From Candidatus Omnitrophota bacterium (GTDB lineage: Bacteria; Omnitrophota; Gorgyraeia; JAHJTE01): a DNA stretch of 64,000 nt. The notes under the pieces are model-generated. The model had not been told where the DNA came from, did no database searches, and saw nothing but the letters and a program-made list of their open reading frames with translations. Below are positions 57,704 to 64,000 of the stretch, piece by piece. The DNA lies in NCBI GenBank assembly GCA_040753675.1, contig JBFMEB010000004.1:4288-68287 (forward strand), given 5' to 3'. Made by a program: the position numbers and the translations under genes. How positions within the stretch are numbered: position 1 is the first letter of the stretch; the number at the start of each line of letters is the position of its first letter.

Positions 57704-57759
57704 GAAAATTGTCTTAAACAACTAGTGTTTGCCCGCTATAGCAGTTTCTCCTTTTTTAA

Positions 57760-58101
57760 TTATCTCTTTTCCAATTTGGCACCACATTTTGGACAAAATT
57801 CAATCTTCCAATTTAAAAGATTCGGATATAATGTCCTACCACATGAATCGCAAAACTGCGTTAATTTAAGATTAAGAGCTGAAATTAAAACCACCGCTGG
57901 AATAACCAATAACAAAACTTCAACTCTTATACCAGCTATCCAAATAACAAATGCAATAAATAAGACTCCTGTTCCAACTATTAACCATGGTTGCAGTTTT
58001 CTCTTTAACTTTACATCTTTATTAAAAATATAAAAAAAACCACTTGAAATTCCTAAAGCTACCCAAATAACAAAAAAAATAAAAAATTTAGTCTGTTCCA
58101 T
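57760..58101 (-). CDS. Membrane protein with C-terminal double zinc ribbon
   Basis: Three hydrophobic segments, FCDSCG and FCPKCGA. Confidence 0.75.
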   Translation of the reverse strand: MEQTKFFIFFVIWVALGISSGFFYIFNKDVKLKRKLQPWLIVGTGVLFIAFVIWIAGIRVEVLLLVIPAVVLISALNLKLTQFCDSCGRTLYPNLLNWKIEFCPKCGAKLEKR

Positions 58102-58117
58102 TTAACTATTTTTAAGA

Positions 58118-58194
58118 TGGTGGCGGGGGAGGGATTTAAACCCTCGACCAATCGGGTATGAGCCGAATGCTCTATCGGGCTGAGCTACCCCGCC
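58118..58194 (-). tRNA. tRNA-Met(CAT), elongator type
   Basis: GGCGGGG acceptor stem, CGG-CTCATAC-CCG anticodon arm, encoded CCA; atypical T-loop TTTAAAT. Confidence 0.88.
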
Positions 58195-58284
58195 GTCGTT
58201 CGCTAATTATCTAATCAATGTGCGCACGCAAAAAATATTTATTGATTTATCTATTAATTTTCTCATTATCGGATGACGCTCACT

Positions 58285-58371
58285 CCCCATAGGGGCTCTG
58301 CCCCTCTGGCGGTCGCTACGCTCCCTGTCACCCCGAAAACATGGGGAAAATTCTTTCCCCATACCCCTTTG
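58285..58371. repeat. Structured dispersed repeat (homologue of 49462-49587)
   Basis: CCCATAGGGGCTCTGCCCCTC...CTGTCACCCCG...ATGGGGAAAATTCTTTCCCCAT. Confidence 0.75.
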
Positions 58372-58438
58372 GTTCTCGGCTGTATTAAAAGCTAAATCCT
58401 GCTTCGCAGGATAACAGCCTACGAACCTCTGTCGTTCG

Positions 58439-59227
58439 CTACTTTTTCCTATACGCGCTCAAGAAAGAATCACAATAGATATTTTTATTTAAAAGTAATT
58501 CTGCAGTAATTACCGCATCCATCAAGTCTTTATCTAACGGGTCAACTATTGCTGCATCAAGACCGTATGCAGTTGCCATGGTTAAAAATATTCTATTTAT
58601 AATATTTCTTTCACAAGTGCCCTGAGAAACATTGCTTAAACCTACGATTGTCTTTGGCGCAGGTTCGGAGATTACTTTAAACTCATGCAAAACTTCTAAT
58701 AATATTTTTAGCTGTGACTGGGCAACATTAACTGGCAAAACTATTGGGTCAAGATAAATTTTATTAATATCGAAATTTTTCTCTTGGCAAAATGCTAAAA
58801 TTTGCGCTGCTAATTCTAAGCGCCGGTCTTTATCCTGAGGCACGCCTTTTTTATCCATAGTTAACGCAATTAACGATGCATTATATTTAATAGCCATATC
58901 AACATAAATCTCAAGCCGCTCTAAATCAGCGCTTGTAGAATTAATTATAGCATTTCCTTTACTTAGCTCTAAGCCTGCTTGAATTACATTTGGCTTAGTG
59001 CTGTCAAGGACAAGGGGTAATTTCGATGCCTTTTTAATTGAATTTATTAACCACGTCATGTCGCCAAGTGGATCTTTGGATAACGGCCCACAGTTAACAT
59101 CAAGCGCATTTGCTCCAGCTTCCTCCTGGTCTTTTGCTAACTTAATAATGGCACTTTCGTCTTTTTTAGCAATTGCCTCTCGAACATTTTTATACATCCC
59201 GTTAATCAGTTCACCAATTATAAACAT
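58439..59227 (-). CDS. acsE: Methyltetrahydrofolate:corrinoid Fe-S protein methyltransferase
   Basis: IIGELING, LDVNCG, LDS, INST, LDP, VGLSNVSQG, GLDAAIVDP; adjacent to acsD. Confidence 0.92.
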   Translation of the reverse strand: MFIIGELINGMYKNVREAIAKKDESAIIKLAKDQEEAGANALDVNCGPLSKDPLGDMTWLINSIKKASKLPLVLDSTKPNVIQAGLELSKGNAIINSTSADLERLEIYVDMAIKYNASLIALTMDKKGVPQDKDRRLELAAQILAFCQEKNFDINKIYLDPIVLPVNVAQSQLKILLEVLHEFKVISEPAPKTIVGLSNVSQGTCERNIINRIFLTMATAYGLDAAIVDPLDKDLMDAVITAELLLNKNIYCDSFLSAYRKK

Positions 59228-60189
59228 TATTTCTCCATCAGTTTATCAATAAACTTCTCAACCTGCTTGATTGCTTCAGGATGGCGCATAATTAATAAAT
59301 CAGCGCCTGCCTGCAAAAACGTTGAGGCAGTTAACGCTTCCCAGAGCGGCCCCCGTTGCGATTGCTGACCCCAAATAGAAACCTCTTCATCAGTTGCCTT
59401 TGCCTCTTTTGCTCTCCAGGCCTCATGGCCGACAAAACAAATAAACGGCATAGCTAACATTGTATCTCCGGCAAAAGCAGCTAACCGCGCCCGTTCCATT
59501 ATTGAATAAGCATACTCTAAACCGTAGCCAAGAGCTCCCACTGTAGGATTTATAACAAGCCGGCTTACCGCCAATCCCATATCTGAAATAAGTATATTAA
59601 GTTGTTTTGCGATGTTTATATCTATAGGAGATTCGGCAATAATACTATGGCCGTCAGCAAGCACAGCAGCGGTCAAGGTTTTATAATTATCCTGTGTGGC
59701 ATCGCCAAAAAGTAACTTCTCTCCCTTTGTGACCTCGGAAATTTTTGGCAATACTGAATTATCCTTTGCATCATCTCCGCAACCTAAGATAATTAACGGT
59801 AAATCAACTGTCTTTAACAAATCTTCAACCAATTTAGCCAAATCACTAACTTGCTTATTGCCATAATCAGGATGCCCGCCCATTAATCGTAAACACAAAG
59901 CTTTAGCATTAAATTTTTCCTTACAAACCTTGGCCCAATCAAGCGGATTTTTTAAACATGAGCCATAACTAGATTTTAAGATATCCGGCCAGTCCGGCTC
60001 AACATCCCAGACTTCAAATGCAATCTGCGGTTTATTCGGAATATTTGACTCGCTATGCAAAAAAGGTAAACCGGTTTCGCCGCCAATCTTAATATTATTT
60101 GTCCGGCTACCTCCTTCTTGGCTGGTTGCGCCAATATTAACTGCATTAATATGCCCTGACCAAGATTCTTTAATTAGCTCTAAAGCCAT
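59227..60189 (-). CDS. acsD: Corrinoid Fe-S protein small (delta) subunit
   Basis: IGGETGLPF, SPIDINIAKQLN, ALGYGLEY, EAWRAKEA, MRHP. Confidence 0.95.
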   Translation of the reverse strand: MALELIKESWSGHINAVNIGATSQEGGSRTNNIKIGGETGLPFLHSESNIPNKPQIAFEVWDVEPDWPDILKSSYGSCLKNPLDWAKVCKEKFNAKALCLRLMGGHPDYGNKQVSDLAKLVEDLLKTVDLPLIILGCGDDAKDNSVLPKISEVTKGEKLLFGDATQDNYKTLTAAVLADGHSIIAESPIDINIAKQLNILISDMGLAVSRLVINPTVGALGYGLEYAYSIMERARLAAFAGDTMLAMPFICFVGHEAWRAKEAKATDEEVSIWGQQSQRGPLWEALTASTFLQAGADLLIMRHPEAIKQVEKFIDKLMEK

Positions 60190-60928
60190 ATTCTTGCCTA
60201 AACTCCTCTATCTTCTTAAAAACCATGTTCGTTTTTTTAATGTCAGGGGTTGGTTTACCTTTAATGCTAAAATCAAATAATTCTTCATCAAAAGGAAGCT
60301 GATAGATTTTGTCAAAATTTACTCTTTCTATTTCAGGAATTAATTTGACGTTACCTTCTGCCTTATTGATAAAAAGAAAAATTTTTTTGAATTTAAAATC
60401 CATCTCGTCAATCAGACTTCTGATTCTTGCTGCTGAACGCATCCCGACTACTGTTGGGTCACTTACAACAATAAAAAAATCTGCCTCTCTGGTCGTTCTG
60501 CGCGACAAATGCTCCATTCCTGCTTCATTATCAATTACACAAAATGCATATTGTTTAATAATCTTACCTACGATATCTCTTAACACATTGTTGGCATAGC
60601 AATAACAGCCTGGCCCTTCGGGCCTGCCCATTGACAACAAATCAAAACTATTTCCTTCAGACAGCGCCTCGTTAACCTTTAACTCAATAAATTCATTCTT
60701 GGACATGCCTACCGGAATAGACTTAGGGGTTTTGGCAATAGAGTCAATAATCTCTCCTATCGAAACAGTAGAATCTAACCCTAAATTTAACGCTAAATTA
60801 CTATTAGGGTCAGCATCGATTGCCAGACAAGTTCCCAGCTTATTGTCTCTAATAGTCTTTATAAGTAAAGCAGCTATGGTTGTCTTGCCGCTACCGCCCT
60901 TTCCTGCCACTGCAATGGTAAATGCCAT
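60170..60928 (-). CDS. cooC: CooC/AcsF nickel-insertion ATPase
   Basis: AGKGGSGKT, DADPNSN, MGRPEGPGCYC, DNEAGMEHLSR. Confidence 0.92.
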   Translation of the reverse strand: MAFTIAVAGKGGSGKTTIAALLIKTIRDNKLGTCLAIDADPNSNLALNLGLDSTVSIGEIIDSIAKTPKSIPVGMSKNEFIELKVNEALSEGNSFDLLSMGRPEGPGCYCYANNVLRDIVGKIIKQYAFCVIDNEAGMEHLSRRTTREADFFIVVSDPTVVGMRSAARIRSLIDEMDFKFKKIFLFINKAEGNVKLIPEIERVNFDKIYQLPFDEELFDFSIKGKPTPDIKKTNMVFKKIEEFRQEYGFRAN

Positions 60929-60934
60929 GTTAGT

Positions 60935-62869
60935 TTATAACTTCACGCTGGGAAACTTGCTCCTGTCGGTATGCGGAAAAAACAAGGCTGCAGTATATTC
61001 ATCCATATAAGAGCTTTCAGTAGAAAGTTCAAAATATGTAATTTTTTTCGCAATCTCTTCTGCCTGGTTCATTGCCTGAGAGGAAAGCAGGATTTCCCGC
61101 GCTCCAGCCAAAGAACTGTTTCCTACAAAAAGGAATCTCTGCTTATCTAAATCCGGCAATAATCCGATGGCTATGGCTTTTTGAATATCAAGATATGTGC
61201 CAAAGCCGCCGGCAATAAAAATCTTTTTTATATCATTCAATTTAATTCCCATATGCCTTACAAGCGTAGCGGCTGCGGCAAAAATTGCTGCCTTGGAGCG
61301 CTTTAAGTTATCTATATCCTCATCAGTTATCACAATATCATTTCCTGAACCTGAATTTTCTCCCTTTACAACAACAAATGCCTTAGCTGTATCTGTGTTT
61401 ATTATCTTTGAAGAATCTCTTTTAGGATTTATCTTACCTGAGCCGTCAATAATTCCTGCATAAAGCATTTCTGCAAGCAAATCAATATAACCTGAACCGC
61501 AAATACCGACAGGTGCTGCATCAAGGATAGTTTCGTATTTAGCCTCTAAAGTATTTTTATCTATACTTACTCTCTGAATCGCTCCCTTTGTGGCGCGCAT
61601 ACCGCAACTTACCCCGCTACCTTCAAAAGCAGGCCCTGCCGAAGCTGCACAGGCAACAAGCCAGTCCTTATTACCCAGCACAATCTCACCATTAGTGCCA
61701 ACATCAATAAGAAGAGTTAATACTCTACTCTTATCAATACCGCAGGAAACAATTCCCGCCACAGTGTCGCCTCCCACATAGCTTGCAACAGAAGGCACTG
61801 TTGCTAAGAGACCTCTGGGGTTTATTTTTATTCCTGCTTCAGAAGCTCTTATCACCGGAATAAAATTTGCCGTAGGCACATAAGGTTCTCGCCTGATGTA
61901 AGTGGGATCAATCTTTAAAAGCAAATGCATCATAGTTGGATTTCCAGCACATAGACAGCAAGTAACATCATTTAAATCAATTGAATTTGCATTAATTAAA
62001 TCGCGAATCATATCATTCATCACATCAATCACTGCATGGTGCAATCTTTCTAAGCCTTCAATATTTTTAGCAAAAACTATTCTGGAGATAATATCTGTGC
62101 CGAAACTGGCTTGTTTATTATGAGAAGCCTTTGTCCCTAAAATAGTCCTAGCATTTAAGTCTATTAATTGGCCAGAAACCGTGGTGGTTCCTATATCAAA
62201 AGCAAAACCATAGTTTTTATTTGAAGTATCACCCGGCTGAACTAAAACCACTTCGTTTGTGCCGCCGCGCCGTCCGAGCGTTACAGTAATATCCCAGTTA
62301 CTGGAGCGCAAAATTTCACCCAATCGTCTGATGTTAGCGAGGCCAGTCTGCATAATCTTTAAGTCTTCTTTTTTTCTTATCTCTCTATAGACACGCTCTA
62401 GGTCACTCGTCTTATCTTCAAGCGTAGCCGGCTCTAATTTAAGGAATAATTTAGTAGCCAAAGGAGAATGACTAAAGATATCGCTTTTGACAAAAGAAAC
62501 AGCCCTGTCAATGTCTTCTGCCTTACTAAACATGCCTTTAAGTCTCTGGGCAAAAGCTTCCTCCTCACTAATCTTATCAAATTCGAGCCGAGACTCAGGC
62601 GGTATCTCTACGACAATATTGCTCTCAATCACAGATAAACATGCTAGGCAATACCCTTTTTCTCTCTCTTCTTTGCTAACTCTTCCAGACGGGGCAGAGC
62701 TTGCTTTTCCTTCTTTAATAATTACCTTACATCTACCGCAGACACCTTCTCCGCCGCAGCTGGAATGGATATAGACACCAGCTGATATTGCTGCATCAAG
62801 AATGGTTTTGCCCACGGGAACGTTTATCTTGATATTATCCGGTAAAAAGGTAACATTAAATTCAGCCAT
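60935..62869 (-). CDS. Corrinoid reductive activator (AcsV/RACo: 2Fe-2S plus ASKHA)
   Basis: CGGEGVCGRC...LAC, DIGTTT, DVGTNGE, AGPAFEG, AGGFG, FPHTD. Confidence 0.92.
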   Translation of the reverse strand: MAEFNVTFLPDNIKINVPVGKTILDAAISAGVYIHSSCGGEGVCGRCKVIIKEGKASSAPSGRVSKEEREKGYCLACLSVIESNIVVEIPPESRLEFDKISEEEAFAQRLKGMFSKAEDIDRAVSFVKSDIFSHSPLATKLFLKLEPATLEDKTSDLERVYREIRKKEDLKIMQTGLANIRRLGEILRSSNWDITVTLGRRGGTNEVVLVQPGDTSNKNYGFAFDIGTTTVSGQLIDLNARTILGTKASHNKQASFGTDIISRIVFAKNIEGLERLHHAVIDVMNDMIRDLINANSIDLNDVTCCLCAGNPTMMHLLLKIDPTYIRREPYVPTANFIPVIRASEAGIKINPRGLLATVPSVASYVGGDTVAGIVSCGIDKSRVLTLLIDVGTNGEIVLGNKDWLVACAASAGPAFEGSGVSCGMRATKGAIQRVSIDKNTLEAKYETILDAAPVGICGSGYIDLLAEMLYAGIIDGSGKINPKRDSSKIINTDTAKAFVVVKGENSGSGNDIVITDEDIDNLKRSKAAIFAAAATLVRHMGIKLNDIKKIFIAGGFGTYLDIQKAIAIGLLPDLDKQRFLFVGNSSLAGAREILLSSQAMNQAEEIAKKITYFELSTESSYMDEYTAALFFPHTDRSKFPSVKL

Positions 62870-62874
62870 GGTCT

Positions 62875-64000
62875 TTAGTTAAAGTTCTTTAAAAATCCAG
62901 TTATGCCTGATGCTTCGCGAGGCCCAACTAATACTTGCCAGCCACTTTTCTCTTCTAAGTCTGCGCTCATAACTGCGACATAGCCCGGAATAATTATTAT
63001 TTTATGCTCCACTAAATTGCCAGCATCATATTGTTTTATGGATTGAGAAATTTTTTCCGCAGTAAATTTCTCAGCTGCCCAGGCAGTTAATACAGACATG
63101 CCTTCTGTATCCACGCTTAAAATATAAGAAGAAATTTTGCTCGCCTCCACTTCAGAAAGCACAGTATAGTAGGTAAGAGAAAAATTAGTGGTAACTAGAA
63201 GTGGGGAACGCTTAGTCGGCGAACCAATCTGGTAAATTTTAGGCTCAACCTGCAATGGTTTCTGCGGATCAGAATAGATATTCTGACGTAAGGTAAGTAG
63301 GGATAGAATCTGCGCAACAGTTGTTCCTTCCAAAAGGATTATCGAGGCATACTTAACCAAAAGCGCTCCGGCAGAAAGCGTATCATTAAATAAGTCGCCT
63401 TTTTTTATAACTGCAAGAACGGGAAATCCAAACAACCTAAAATTTCTCTTTAGAGCAAGCCGGCGTATCTGAGTAAGATTTTCTAAATTTTGAGAAATTT
63501 TATCTTCCTTTATATTTAAAATTAAATCTTCCACCTTTAGTTCGCTTATACTTTTTATAACTTCAGATAGCAAGTCCAAATTATTAGAAGAAACAGCCAA
63601 GGGCAGGCTTAACTCTTTAGCTAGTTTTGCCACGTCTAAGATATTCTTCTCATTTGTAGGAAAAATAAGGGGTCTTCTGTCTTTAGCTATTTTGATACCT
63701 TCATGCATTATTTTCAGTTCATCTGCCATTAAAACCAGATTAAGTTTAGAATTTTCTATGACAAATTTTATTGTCGCACTAAATTTATCCGAATCTCCTG
63801 ATACGTTTTTTACGGCGATTAAACTGGCACTTAACTTCTGGCCCACTCTTTCAAATTGCAATTTGTTGATAAAATCTACGGATTCCTTTAGTTTACTTTC
63901 AGAAAGATTGTCTTCCAATATCAGACCGAGGCCTGCGGGATTGCGGAATTTTTCTTCATGGCGAAATAATACAGTTTCATTTCCTACTGCTAAAGCATCG
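62875..64000 (-). CDS. acsC: Corrinoid Fe-S protein large (gamma) subunit, 5' end outside the window
   Basis: Frame is open beyond the ORF-track start (VGNETVLFRHEEKF); YSDPQKP, TTNFSLTY, GMSVLTAWAA, VGPREAS. Confidence 0.95.
   Translation of the reverse strand, partial: DALAVGNETVLFRHEEKFRNPAGLGLILEDNLSESKLKESVDFINKLQFERVGQKLSASLIAVKNVSGDSDKFSATIKFVIENSKLNLVLMADELKIMHEGIKIAKDRRPLIFPTNEKNILDVAKLAKELSLPLAVSSNNLDLLSEVIKSISELKVEDLILNIKEDKISQNLENLTQIRRLALKRNFRLFGFPVLAVIKKGDLFNDTLSAGALLVKYASIILLEGTTVAQILSLLTLRQNIYSDPQKPLQVEPKIYQIGSPTKRSPLLVTTNFSLTYYTVLSEVEASKISSYILSVDTEGMSVLTAWAAEKFTAEKISQSIKQYDAGNLVEHKIIIIPGYVAVMSADLEEKSGWQVLVGPREASGITGFLKNFN

Noticed and set aside
324-62774. All plus-strand ORFs in the track
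   Set aside because: They lie antisense to well-supported minus-strand genes, tRNAs or repeats and show no recognisable motifs; treated as shadow ORFs.

Overview
Low-GC bacterial chromosome segment in which every credible gene lies on the minus strand. Gene content (Wood-Ljungdahl acsC/acsV/cooC/acsD/acsE, CIRCE-controlled groESL, cdaA-folP-ftsH-tilS) fits an anaerobe; a Candidatus Omnitrophota-like origin is my inference only. Housekeeping blocks (dnaE-guaA-guaB-groESL-coaX-uvrB-nadC-valS-cimA-lysC-thrC-hom-gpsA; nnrD-acpS-pdxJ-cdaA-folP-ftsH-tilS) surround an ~18 kb biosynthetic operon at 31.0-49.0 kb, just downstream of tRNA-Gly. It encodes a minimal aromatic type II PKS (KS-alpha, a CLF lacking the canonical Gln, ACP, two cyclases, SDR) and a B12-dependent radical SAM enzyme. 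It also encodes a complete, divergent nucleoside phosphorylase / MtnA isomerase / class II aldolase-SCP2 / aldehyde dehydrogenase / CoA ligase route, with a PadR gene and a 28-bp palindromic operator at its head. This is the best candidate for an undescribed system. Other notable items: a 558-aa LAGLIDADG+HTH intein in the UvrB Walker A motif, three nested composite miniature elements whose inner cassette is swapped or inverted, heptamer repeats inserted in frame into ValS, ThrC and NnrD, tRNA fragments, a tRNA-Met with a compensated A19-U56 pair, an unannotated mini-CdaR and a PaaI thioesterase remnant. All calls were made by eye; no searches were run.
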